This document shows, in pieces, positions 8,725-17,708 of a stretch of 64,000 nt of DNA. This DNA comes from Clostridiales bacterium (GTDB lineage: Bacteria; Bacillota; Clostridia; Christensenellales; CAG-138). The stretch spans positions 3,601-67,600 of the forward strand of contig SFNQ01000020.1 in assembly GCA_004554165.1 (NCBI GenBank). Reading direction: 5' to 3'. A program made the translations under genes and the position numbers. Under the pieces are notes generated by a model. It searched no databases. It was not told the origin of the DNA and was given only the letters and a program-made list of their open reading frames with translations. Within the stretch, counting starts at the first letter, position 1, and each line of letters opens with the position of its first letter.

Positions 8725-10902
8725 TTACGAGATCCGGATGCCGAAAATCTTCTTGTCCTTATTGCCGATGACAATCATATTGCCATAGGCGGCCGGGGAG
8801 GCCTCAAAATTCTTCGACTCCGTATCGAGATCGTAATACTTGGTTCCGCTCACGCCATCGAACAGGAAGATGTGTCCGTTGGAATCGGCCTGCACGATGT
8901 AGGCGTTGCCGGAGGCGTCGTAGATGGCCAGCGGCGAGCTCCAGCAGAACCGCGTCATCTGCTTCCAGACCTCCTGCCCGCTCCTCTTATCGATGGCGGT
9001 GAGATAGCCATGGTCCGCAGACTCCGGATTGTCCTCCCGGTAAACCTTCGCAAAGGGGATGATGACAAGATTTTCAATGCTGTTCCTGCCCAGCACCGCG
9101 GTGGCCTGAACGCCGCCGGAGGAACCGCTCTTGGTATGCACCTTGCGGTCAAAATGCCAGAGGATCTCGCCGGTAACCGCATCAATTTTAAAGAAGGGCG
9201 TAATACCCGTTGCATTTGCATCCTGCGTAAAGTGCAGCGATACGCCCGCATAGAGATAGGCGGTTCGGTTGGCCTCGTCCTCTTCAAGCACAAGGGTGCC
9301 GTTGGCGTCGTCCCAGATATCCTGAATCCAGACGGTCTCCATGGTATTGAGGTTGATGCAGTGTACATAGCCGTCGTTGGAGCTCAGATACATGTACTGT
9401 CCCCAGGTGACGACGCTGCTCTCAAAGCCCAGCCAGTATTTGTACTGTCCGGACTCATAGGAATAGGTGCTGATGCGCGTGGAGCGGCTGGAGTCGTAGC
9501 GGAACTTTACCACTTCCGAAGGGCTCATGCTGAGCGTCCCGGCGGCCTCGTCGTACCGCGTACCCAGCTTCACCGTATAGATGATGCCGTTTTCACCGGG
9601 GTAGATGAGGGTATCCGTCTCCGCGTTCACAAGCGGCGAGCTGTCGTAGGCATGCCACTGGCGCAGGGCGAAGGAATCATAGGCTCTGCCAAACTCATAC
9701 AGCACGGAAAAATCGATCAGGCTGATGGCCATGGCCCGGGTCTGCATATTGGGATAGTCATCGTACATATCGCCGGAGCCCAGGTAGAGGATGGGATAGC
9801 CCCGCGGGTCCAGCGCGCCCGCCCCTTTAAAGGGCATGTTGAGATCCAGCGGATCGCGGGTGGCGCTGCCGTCCGCAAGGTTCAGGAAATACACGCGGCC
9901 GCTGGCCGTGGCATAGATGACCTCCACAAGCTCCGGATCGTCCTTGGCGGACTGGTACATGTTCATGACGCGCTTGGTGCTCTCCGGCCACTTTACGATC
10001 AGCGGCTGGCCGACCCAGAGGCTGCCCGTCCAGGTGCTGCTGTAATTGCTGCTGGTTCCGCGCATGATCTCGCCGGTATCGACGCTCCATGCAACGCTGA
10101 GGGTTTTGTTGCCGACGCTGGCCGTGCCGTAGGCCGCGCCCTCGCGATAGTTGTTACCGCGGAAGGTAACAACACCCTCCATAGAGGTATACTCCTCGCC
10201 GACGCCAAAGGTCATCGGCGTTTCCCGCGTATAGCTTTCCACCTGTGTTCCGTTGACCTCAAGCGCAGTGGTATAGCCCCAGTTGCTGGGCTGTGTGCTG
10301 TCCACGGCGTGGGGCGTATCAAACTTTGGCGTAGGCGTAGGCTCCGGCGTGGGCTCCGGCGTGGGCGCAAGCGTCGGCGTAGGCGAGGCAAAGAGGCTGA
10401 TGCCACCGCCGCCCTGTCCCCCGTTTTCGCCGCCGCCCGTTCCCAGGATGAGATAGATGCCGACGCCGACCACCGCCACAAGCAGCACGAGCAGTACGGC
10501 AAAGCGGGGCTGGAAGCGCCTGCGCTTTTTCCTCCTTCTGCGGTGCGAACCGGAGGAGCCGCGCGGCGGCTGGCCGCCGTTTCCTCCGCTGCCGCCTCCC
10601 GAATAGGGCCGGCTGGCGCTCTGCGCACGGGCCTGTCCGCTCTGGCTGCGATTGGGCATAGCCTGAGTGCTCCGCTGCCGGGGCTGGGATTCGCTCTGGG
10701 CGCTGCGCGGCTGGCCCTGCCGGGCCGTCTGACTCCTGCGCTGTGAACGTTCCGCCGCGCTGCCGGCCGCACGGGCTGCGCGCTGTGGGCCGTTCTCCAT
10801 GGTAAAGCCGAATTCCTGCCGGTCAATGCGCTGCTGCGCGCTGCGCCGAGGCGCGCCATATTCCTCCGGATAGCCGGAATTTCTCGACGGATCCGTTGCC
10901 AA
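8725..10902 (-). CDS. Membrane-anchored PQQ/BamB-like beta-propeller repeat protein with a long basic low-complexity cytoplasmic tail (paralog 2)
   Basis: The track gives 8725..10941 (TTG). I prefer the in-frame TTG at 10902 because GGGAGG (complement of 10912-10917) lies 9 nt upstream; ATG 10800 is an alternative. R/S/Q-rich tail ending in RRRRKKRRRF, TM FAVLLVLLVAVVGVGIYLILG, a TPEPTPEPTPTP linker, then motifs shared with paralog 1 (TFRGNNYR, WVGQPLIVKWP, DPRGYPILYLG). Confidence 0.7.
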   Translation of the reverse strand: MATDPSRNSGYPEEYGAPRRSAQQRIDRQEFGFTMENGPQRAARAAGSAAERSQRRSQTARQGQPRSAQSESQPRQRSTQAMPNRSQSGQARAQSASRPYSGGGSGGNGGQPPRGSSGSHRRRRKKRRRFQPRFAVLLVLLVAVVGVGIYLILGTGGGENGGQGGGGISLFASPTPTLAPTPEPTPEPTPTPKFDTPHAVDSTQPSNWGYTTALEVNGTQVESYTRETPMTFGVGEEYTSMEGVVTFRGNNYREGAAYGTASVGNKTLSVAWSVDTGEIMRGTSSNYSSTWTGSLWVGQPLIVKWPESTKRVMNMYQSAKDDPELVEVIYATASGRVYFLNLADGSATRDPLDLNMPFKGAGALDPRGYPILYLGSGDMYDDYPNMQTRAMAISLIDFSVLYEFGRAYDSFALRQWHAYDSSPLVNAETDTLIYPGENGIIYTVKLGTRYDEAAGTLSMSPSEVVKFRYDSSRSTRISTYSYESGQYKYWLGFESSVVTWGQYMYLSSNDGYVHCINLNTMETVWIQDIWDDANGTLVLEEDEANRTAYLYAGVSLHFTQDANATGITPFFKIDAVTGEILWHFDRKVHTKSGSSGGVQATAVLGRNSIENLVIIPFAKVYREDNPESADHGYLTAIDKRSGQEVWKQMTRFCWSSPLAIYDASGNAYIVQADSNGHIFLFDGVSGTKYYDLDTESKNFEASPAAYGNMIVIGNKDKKIFGIRIS

Positions 10903-11044
10903 TTCTTTTTTCCTCCCATGCTTGCTGAATGGACGCCGCAAACCCTGCGGCGCCTGCTCTTACCCTGCCCCGCATCCCCGCGGCGCATACGGACGACATC
11001 CCTCCGCATGGCCGCAAAAGCGCGATCGTTTCCATACATAGGAT

Positions 11045-11073
11045 ATTATACCATTTGGGCGGGAAAAAGTCTG
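11045..11073 (-). promoter_or_regulatory. candidate extended -10 promoter for the beta-propeller operon
   Basis: The minus strand reads TGGTATAAT (complement of 11045-11053). The -35 is poor (CAGACT, complement of 11068-11073, 17-nt spacer). Confidence 0.35.
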
Positions 11074-11089
11074 TTGTGGATTTGTGAAC

Positions 11090-12700
11090 TTATTGGGACA
11101 GGGGCGCGCGAAAACGGGCAATGATCCGCTCCGCCGCGCGTAAGCCGTCGATGGCCGCGCTGACGATGCCGCCCGCGTAGCCCGCGCCCTCGCCCACGGG
11201 ATAGACCCCGTCGCAGGAGACGGAAATGCCGTCCGCTCCGCGCAGGATGCGAAGCGGCGCGCTTGTGCGGCTCTCCACCGCAGTCAGCACCGCATCCGGC
11301 AGATCAAAGCCCGAAAGCTGGCGCGCGAAGGCTGTCAGTCCGTCCGCAACGCCCTGGGCCACAAAGGCCGGAAGACAGTCCCGGAGATTGACGGGCCGAA
11401 CGCCCGGCAGATAGCTGGGGCGGACGCCGGAAAAGGCCCCGGAGGCGCGGCGCAGCAGAAAATCCTCCACGCGGCTGGCGGGCGCCGTGTGATCCGCCCC
11501 GCCCGCCCGAAATGCCGCAGCCTCCAGCTTTTCGCAAAAGTGCAGTCCATCCAGCGCGCCGCCGCCGAAATCCTCCGGCCCCACCTGCACGATGATGGCG
11601 GCGTTGGCATTTTCGGCATCCCGCGCATAATCGCTCATGCCGTTGACCACCAACTGCTCCGGGCCGGAGGCGGAGGCCACGACCCTGCCGCCCGGGCACA
11701 TGCAAAAGGTATATACGCCGCGCGCGCCGCTCCTTGCGCTCAGGTGGTATTCCGCAGCGCCCAGTCTTGGATCCGCCGCAAACGCGCCGAACTGCGCCCG
11801 GTCAATGAGCGTCTGCGGGTGCTCTACGCGGCAGCCGACGGCAAAGGCCTTGGGCTGCATGGCAAGCCCCGCCCCATGCAGCATGCGGCAGGTATCCCGC
11901 GCACCCTGGCCGATGGCAAGCACCAGTGCGCCGCAGGCAAGGCGCTCCTGCCCGCCCCTCTGTTCAACGATAATCCCGGACAGCCGCCCCGCCTCGCAGA
12001 CGAGCCCGGAGAGCTTTGCCGAGAACCGTACCTCGCCCCCCAGTCGCTCAATCTCCCGGCGAAGCGAGGCCACCACGCCGCGCAGCCGGTCGGTCCCCAC
12101 ATGAGGCTTTGCAAGATAGGCGATCTCCTCCGGCGCGCCGTGCGCCAGAAGGAGCTCCAGCACCTGGGCGCCGCGGGGATCCTTGCTGCGGCTGGTCAGC
12201 TTGCCGTCGGAAAAGGTTCCCGCGCCGCCCTCGCCAAACATAACGTTGCTCTCGGGGTCCAGCTGCCGCGCGGTCCAGAACCGTTCAACGTCCCGCACCC
12301 GCTCCTCCACGGGCCTGCCGCGCTCAATGACGAGGGGCCGGTAGCCATGTTTCGCCAGCAAATAGGCCGAAAACAGCCCCGCAGGGCCCAGCCCCACAAC
12401 GACAATTCTGCCCCGGCAATCCTCGCTCCCCTGGGGAAGCGCGGCTTCTGGAGGCGGCGCAAAGGCCGAAATTTTCGCTCCGCCCCGGCGCAGCGCCCGC
12501 TGCTCCGCCTTCGGAGGGAGAGCGACAGCAACGTTGTATAGAAAGGAAATCTGCGCCTTATTGCGGGCATCCAGCGCGCGCCGCATCAGCCGCAGGCTCT
12601 GAATATCCCCAGACTGCACGCCGCAAAGGGCGGCCGCCTTCCGCCGCAGCTCTTCCTCGCCGGCCGAGAAAGGCAGCCGGATTCCGCTGATTTCGAGCAT
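11090..12700 (-). CDS. FAD-dependent oxidoreductase (uncharacterised FAD-dependent dehydrogenase type)
   Basis: Start trimmed to MLEISGIRLP, with GGAGGAGG upstream. Dinucleotide-binding motif VVVGLGPAGLFSAYLLAKHG and GGAGTFSDGKL are present. Confidence 0.8.
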   Translation of the reverse strand: MLEISGIRLPFSAGEEELRRKAAALCGVQSGDIQSLRLMRRALDARNKAQISFLYNVAVALPPKAEQRALRRGGAKISAFAPPPEAALPQGSEDCRGRIVVVGLGPAGLFSAYLLAKHGYRPLVIERGRPVEERVRDVERFWTARQLDPESNVMFGEGGAGTFSDGKLTSRSKDPRGAQVLELLLAHGAPEEIAYLAKPHVGTDRLRGVVASLRREIERLGGEVRFSAKLSGLVCEAGRLSGIIVEQRGGQERLACGALVLAIGQGARDTCRMLHGAGLAMQPKAFAVGCRVEHPQTLIDRAQFGAFAADPRLGAAEYHLSARSGARGVYTFCMCPGGRVVASASGPEQLVVNGMSDYARDAENANAAIIVQVGPEDFGGGALDGLHFCEKLEAAAFRAGGADHTAPASRVEDFLLRRASGAFSGVRPSYLPGVRPVNLRDCLPAFVAQGVADGLTAFARQLSGFDLPDAVLTAVESRTSAPLRILRGADGISVSCDGVYPVGEGAGYAGGIVSAAIDGLRAAERIIARFRAPLSQ

Positions 12701-12796
12701 GGAAACCTCCTCCCGACAAAACGATTGCCCGGAGCCTGCAAGCATGCGCCGGGCAACAGAATGCAAACAGGGCGCTGCGAATACGCAGCCAGCCAG

Positions 12797-14083
12797 CTAT
12801 CGGATCACTACCGTGACCGTAGCGACCGACGGGGTCAGAATCAGTTCCACCGTGGCCTCTTCATTGCGGACGAATACCGACAGCGGCAGCTCATAGGTGC
12901 CTGCGGTCAGGCCCGTGACGTCAACATCGACCTTGATATCGCTGCGCTTGACAAGCGCCAGCAGACTGACACGTCCCTCCACCCGCAAATCGACCACGTT
13001 CGGCGTGACGGTGGCTTCCAGACCGTCGGAAAGTCCCGTAATTTCCACAGGAATCTGCGTGTGTTCCTGGAAATCCGTCTTTTCACGAATGTCCAGCGCA
13101 ACGGAAACCGTTGGCGCGTCAAGAAGGCGCACCCCCTCCGGCACAACCAGTTCGGCCTCAATGGTGGCTTTTTCGCTCATGCCGCTGACACTGAAAGGTT
13201 CCAGCGCCATGCTCTCCACCCCTTCAAGCACCGCCTGGTCACCGACAATGCGCACGCTCTGGGGCGTGGCGACGGCAGAGGCCAGCTCAAAATTCGCCGC
13301 GAGCTTATCCGTGCCAAGCAGCGCGCCGCTCACATCCACCGGCACGTTTTTGACAGGATAGATCGGCAGGCGCACGGTGGAGGACGGGAGCGTTCCCACA
13401 ACAATGTCGGAATTGACCACCTCATCATTCGCGTCATACAGGATGACGTCAAAGGTTCCGTAGATTGCCGAGGTGCGATCCGTAAGGTCAATCACGCATT
13501 CGGCATGCGTAACGCGGGCAATATCCGTTTTTGCGCCCTGAATATCCACCTTTGTGGTGCTGGACGCCGCGTCCATATCCGCCCAGTACCCCTCCGGCAG
13601 GTCGCCGCGGAAGGTACAGCTAACGGGAACGGTTTTGTTGACAAGCGAATCGATCTCCAAAGTGACGGTTGCCGGCATCACCTGCTGCACTACGCCAAAC
13701 GCCGAGCTGATGGAGGCCTGAATGGGCAGCTCGTAGGTCTGCGGCTGGCTGATATTCTTGAGGCTGATGACGGCGGTAACGGAGCTCGGTGAAAGATCCG
13801 CATAGGTCGTAATCCGCGTGCGCACCGCAACGGAGACCGCCTCGAGAATCTCTTCCCGGTTGCCGCGCACGCAGAGCCCCTGCCCCATCAGCTCCGCCTC
13901 GCCGTCGAAGCTGGTCGTGACGTTGGAAAGGGTCTTCACGCGGTACGGGTTGAGGTCGGTCAGCACATAGCCCCAGAGAATCATGGCAAACAGCAGCGCC
14001 ACGATCTTAACGGAAAGATTTTTTGTAAAAAAGCGTTTCAGCGCGGCAAGAATGCGCTCTTTTGTGATGTCATGCTTTGTCAT
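12797..14083 (-). CDS. cdaR: YbbR-domain protein CdaR (regulator of diadenylate cyclase)
   Basis: ATG 14083 overlaps the cdaA stop by 14 nt; GGAGGG lies 6 nt upstream. N-terminal TM IVALLFAMILWGYVL, followed by repeated YbbR-like beta modules. Position directly downstream of cdaA. Confidence 0.8.
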   Translation of the reverse strand: MTKHDITKERILAALKRFFTKNLSVKIVALLFAMILWGYVLTDLNPYRVKTLSNVTTSFDGEAELMGQGLCVRGNREEILEAVSVAVRTRITTYADLSPSSVTAVISLKNISQPQTYELPIQASISSAFGVVQQVMPATVTLEIDSLVNKTVPVSCTFRGDLPEGYWADMDAASSTTKVDIQGAKTDIARVTHAECVIDLTDRTSAIYGTFDVILYDANDEVVNSDIVVGTLPSSTVRLPIYPVKNVPVDVSGALLGTDKLAANFELASAVATPQSVRIVGDQAVLEGVESMALEPFSVSGMSEKATIEAELVVPEGVRLLDAPTVSVALDIREKTDFQEHTQIPVEITGLSDGLEATVTPNVVDLRVEGRVSLLALVKRSDIKVDVDVTGLTAGTYELPLSVFVRNEEATVELILTPSVATVTVVIR

Positions 14084-14924
14084 GCTTTTCCCTCCGCTTT
14101 GCCCAGGAGAACGGCGCCGCCGACTTTTGCAGGAAGAGCTGCTCCAGAATATCCTGCAAGGCCTTTGCGTCGATATAGCGCACCAGTTTACCGTCGCGGG
14201 CAATGGAAATCGCGCCGGTCTCTTCGGACACAACGATGGTCACGCTGTCCGAAACCGTGGATACGCCCAGCGCCGCGCGGTGGCGCGTACCAAGCTCTCT
14301 TGCAAGATTGATGTCATCCGACAGCGGCAGAAAACAGCCCGCCGCGGCAATGCGGTTGCCGCGCACGATCACCGCGCCGTCGTGCAGCGGCGTGTTCGGC
14401 TCAAAAATGTTCTCGAGCAGCGCGCCGGTGAGCAGGCCGTCCAGCTTCGTTCCCGTATGGATGATATCGCCCAGCCCCGTTTTCTGCTCCACGACAATGA
14501 GCGCGCCCACCCGCCTGCGCGACATGGCAAGAACCGCGCGCTGCACATCCTGTATCATCTCCATGGAGGAGAGGGAGGTCGCGTCGAAGAGCGCGCTGCT
14601 AAGATTCTTGCCGCTGCGGCCAATCCGCTCGAGCATACGGCGGAACTCCGGCTGGAACAGCACCACCAGCACCACAATGATGGTGCCGGACTTGAGGAAC
14701 GCGTCCAGCAGCCAGCTCAGCGTATTCAGCTGCAACAGCTGACTGGCAACCGAGCACAGGAACAGAAGGCCCAGGCCCTTGAGCACCTCGTAGGCACGGG
14801 TCTCCTTGGTCCAGATGATTAGTTTATATAAAAGAACGCATATGATTATGATATCCAGCACATCGAGCCAGGTAAACTGGGCAAATCCGCTCGAAATTGC
14901 TTTGATGACCTCATCGTAAGACAA
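14070..14924 (-). CDS. cdaA: Diadenylate cyclase CdaA
   Basis: TTG start (complement of 14922-14924). Three N-terminal TM helices. DAC domain with DGA (PLHDGAVIV) and RHR (GTRHRAALG) motifs. Confidence 0.9.
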   Translation of the reverse strand: MSYDEVIKAISSGFAQFTWLDVLDIIIICVLLYKLIIWTKETRAYEVLKGLGLLFLCSVASQLLQLNTLSWLLDAFLKSGTIIVVLVVLFQPEFRRMLERIGRSGKNLSSALFDATSLSSMEMIQDVQRAVLAMSRRRVGALIVVEQKTGLGDIIHTGTKLDGLLTGALLENIFEPNTPLHDGAVIVRGNRIAAAGCFLPLSDDINLARELGTRHRAALGVSTVSDSVTIVVSEETGAISIARDGKLVRYIDAKALQDILEQLFLQKSAAPFSWAKRREKHDKA

Positions 14925-14939
14925 ATGCGCGCCGTCCTT

Positions 14940-15173
14940 TCACTCCAGGCTTTGATCGGGATTTTCCGTCTCTCCGGGCTGCTTGATGTGCCGCGCAGCG
15001 AAAGCCTCAAACTCCGCCACCGCCTCGCCGAGCTGCGAGGAGGTCAGCGACCCGGACTGTTCATACTCTGCAAACGCGAGGGCATTGAGGCGCTCCCGCG
15101 CCGCAGCTCCCGCCGCGTCCAGCTGCTGCTCTTCAAGCGGCAAATCGCCGACAAAGGTGATTTTTGTTTCCAT
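14940..15173 (-). CDS. Small acidic hypothetical protein (77 aa)
   Basis: ATG with GGGAGAGG upstream; the stop lies 16 nt before the cdaA start. No family recognised. Confidence 0.5.
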   Translation of the reverse strand: METKITFVGDLPLEEQQLDAAGAAARERLNALAFAEYEQSGSLTSSQLGEAVAEFEAFAARHIKQPGETENPDQSLE

Positions 15174-15430
15174 AGGCCAACCTCTCCCAATCTGTATTAT
15201 TATAGCATACGATACATATATGGGGACATCCCAAATTTGAATTTATTATGGATTCTTTTCGTCCTCTGTGGCATAAATCGAAACGGACGCATCCTCCCCT
15301 TCCTCCGGCTTTTTTCTCCCGGTTCGGCCTTGTTCCGACATGTTTTCATTTTACCATAACATTGACAGGCTTTCCAATGGCCCCTACAATGGAAAACAGA
15401 AGATTTTTCTGCTGGGAGGCGCTTGGTTTT

Positions 15431-17317
15431 ATGCGGTTTGGGCTTGTGAAGGTTGCGGTCGGCACGCCGGAAATCCGGGTTGCGGATTGCGGTTACAACG
15501 CGAAGGCGATCATCGGGGTGATGGAACGCGCGGCCGGCGACGGCGTACAGCTGCTGACTCTACCGGAGCTGTGCCTGACGGGCTATACCTGCGGGGACCT
15601 GTTTTTTCAGGAGGCGCTGCAAAAGGCTGCCCTTGCGGGGCTTTCCGCTGTTCTCTCCGCTTCGGAGCGCTGGAACATGGTGGTCGTGCTGGGCATGCCG
15701 CTTGCCGGGTCCTGCGGCCTCTACAATTGCGGCGTGGTTCTGCAAAAGGGCCGCATCCTGGGCATTGTTCCAAAAACCTCCCTGCCAAACTACGGTGAGT
15801 TCTACGAAAAACGCTTTTTCGCCCCCGCACCGGAGCATGCGGATACCATCACGGTGCTTGGGCAGCAGGTTCCCTTCTGTAAAAGACTGCTGTTTGCCTG
15901 CCAAACCCTGCCGGAGCTTGTGATCGGCGTTGAAATCTGCGAGGATCTGTGGTCACCGCTGCCTCCCTCCACGGCGCTTGTGCAGCGCGGCGCCAGCGTC
16001 ATCTGCAACCTGTCGGCCAGCGACGAGGCCGTTACAAAGCCCGATTACCGGCGCACGCTGGTGCAGGTGCAGAGCGCCAGGCTGCTGTGCGGCTATCTGT
16101 TTGCAAGCGCGGGCGAGGGGGAAAGCACGACGGACGTGGTTTTCTCAGGCCACGACATGATCTACGAGAACGGCACACGGCTGGCGGAAAGCCTTCCCTT
16201 TGGCGAGGGCTATGCAGTGAGTGAGCTCGATCTCCCCTTTATCCTGCGCGAACGCAGGCGCATGGTGCGCTCCGCAGCGCTGACGGAGGACTTTACAACC
16301 GTGCCGTTTTCCCTGCCGCTTGTGGACACGCCCCTCACCCGCGACTGCTGGAAAACCCCCTTTGTGGCAGATACGGCGGCTGAGCGGGAAAGGCGCTGCG
16401 ACGAGGTGCTCGCCATCCAGTCCCACGGCCTCAAAAAGCGCATCGCCCACACCGGCGTGAACAGAGTCGTTCTCGGCGTATCCGGCGGGCTGGATTCCAC
16501 GCTCGCGCTCATCGTGGCAAAGCGCGCCATGGCGTTGCTGGGCCGCCCGGCCACGGACGTGCTGGCGGTGACCATGCCCTGCTTTGGCACCACAACGCGA
16601 ACGCGCAGCAACGCGGAAAAGCTCTGCGACGCCCTGGGCATCCCCTGCCGCACCATCGACATCACCGCAGCGGTCACGCAGCATCTCAACGACCTTTCGC
16701 ACCCGCTGGACCTGCCGGACGCCGCCTTTGAAAACGCGCAGGCGCGGGAGCGCACGCAGGTTTTGATGGATCTTGCGAATATGGAAAATGCGCTGGTGGT
16801 GGGAACCGGCGACCTGTCCGAGCTGGCGCTGGGCTTTGCCACCTACAACGGCGACCACATGTCCATGTACGGCGTGAACGCGGGCGTCCCGAAAACGCTC
16901 ATGCGCAGCATGCTCGGCATTCTTGCCGACCGCGAGGGCGGCGCGTTGGGCGCGGTGCTGCGCGACATCGTGGATACGCCCGTCAGCCCCGAGCTGCTGC
17001 CGCCAAAGGACGGGGAGATTGCGCAGGTAACGGAGGACCTGGTTGGCCCCTATGAGCTGCACGACTTCTTCCTCTACCACATGGTGCGCCGGGGCGAGGA
17101 CCGGGAAAAGATACTGCACCTTGCAGGCTACGCCTTTGGCAGCGCTTACAGTCCGGAGACCATCATAAAGTGGCTGGACGTGTTTTACCGCCGCTTCTTC
17201 TCGCAGCAGTTCAAGCGTTCCTGCATGCCGGACGGGCCGCGCGTGGGCAATGTATCGCTCTCGCCGCGGGGCGACTGGCGCATGCCCAGCGACGCCTCTT
17301 CAATGGTCTGGCGCTGA
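15431..17317 (+). CDS. nadE: Glutamine-dependent NAD+ synthetase
   Basis: Start trimmed to MRFGLVKVAVGTPE. N-terminal CN-hydrolase domain (LLTLPELCLTGYTCGDLF) and C-terminal PP-loop VVLGVSGGLDSTLA. Confidence 0.9.
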   Translation: MRFGLVKVAVGTPEIRVADCGYNAKAIIGVMERAAGDGVQLLTLPELCLTGYTCGDLFFQEALQKAALAGLSAVLSASERWNMVVVLGMPLAGSCGLYNCGVVLQKGRILGIVPKTSLPNYGEFYEKRFFAPAPEHADTITVLGQQVPFCKRLLFACQTLPELVIGVEICEDLWSPLPPSTALVQRGASVICNLSASDEAVTKPDYRRTLVQVQSARLLCGYLFASAGEGESTTDVVFSGHDMIYENGTRLAESLPFGEGYAVSELDLPFILRERRRMVRSAALTEDFTTVPFSLPLVDTPLTRDCWKTPFVADTAAERERRCDEVLAIQSHGLKKRIAHTGVNRVVLGVSGGLDSTLALIVAKRAMALLGRPATDVLAVTMPCFGTTTRTRSNAEKLCDALGIPCRTIDITAAVTQHLNDLSHPLDLPDAAFENAQARERTQVLMDLANMENALVVGTGDLSELALGFATYNGDHMSMYGVNAGVPKTLMRSMLGILADREGGALGAVLRDIVDTPVSPELLPPKDGEIAQVTEDLVGPYELHDFFLYHMVRRGEDREKILHLAGYAFGSAYSPETIIKWLDVFYRRFFSQQFKRSCMPDGPRVGNVSLSPRGDWRMPSDASSMVWR

Positions 17318-17601
17318 GCCGCTGTTGCCAATGCAGGACGGATACGGCGCTGACGCGGCGCGTTGAAACAGGAAAGCCCGCGGCTGCGGCCCAAATATGA
17401 ATTCCCGCGCCGGCAAAGCAGAGGCCCTTTGCCCGATTGGCCTTCGCGGCCTCTGCCCTCTCAAAAGCGGAAAAGGGATTTGCGGCAGAGCCAGTAGGCA
17501 CAGAAAGGGCCATCGCCAGCTGGAGCGCGCCGCCGCCCAACCCCATCCCCGGGAGTTTTTGGAAAAACGAAAAAAGCGGCGTCAGTCCGCTTCAGAGTGT
17601 C

Positions 17602-17627
17602 AAAAAAGTGGCTGAACGCCACTTTTT
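17602..17627. terminator. bidirectional rho-independent terminator between nadE and the convergent exporter operon
   Basis: AAAAAAGTGGC-TGAAC-GCCACTTTTTT; A/T runs on both sides allow it to act on either strand. A second hairpin (CGGGTTTTGCC 17637-17647 / GGCAAAACCCG 17668-17678) lies next to it. Confidence 0.75.
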
Positions 17628-17708
17628 TGAGTTTTACGGGTTTTGCCTCTCGCATTCGCTCCCGGGCGGCAAAACCCGCAAAGTACCGCTTGCCCTGTCC
17701 GGCCGCGC

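Noticed and set aside
7312-10746. A 1144-aa + strand ORF spanning both beta-propeller genes
   Set aside because: It is antisense to two genes that have SD sites, TM anchors and mutually conserved motifs. Its translation is Arg/Ala/Gly/His-rich with no recognisable motif. This is a typical stop-poor shadow frame in high-GC DNA.
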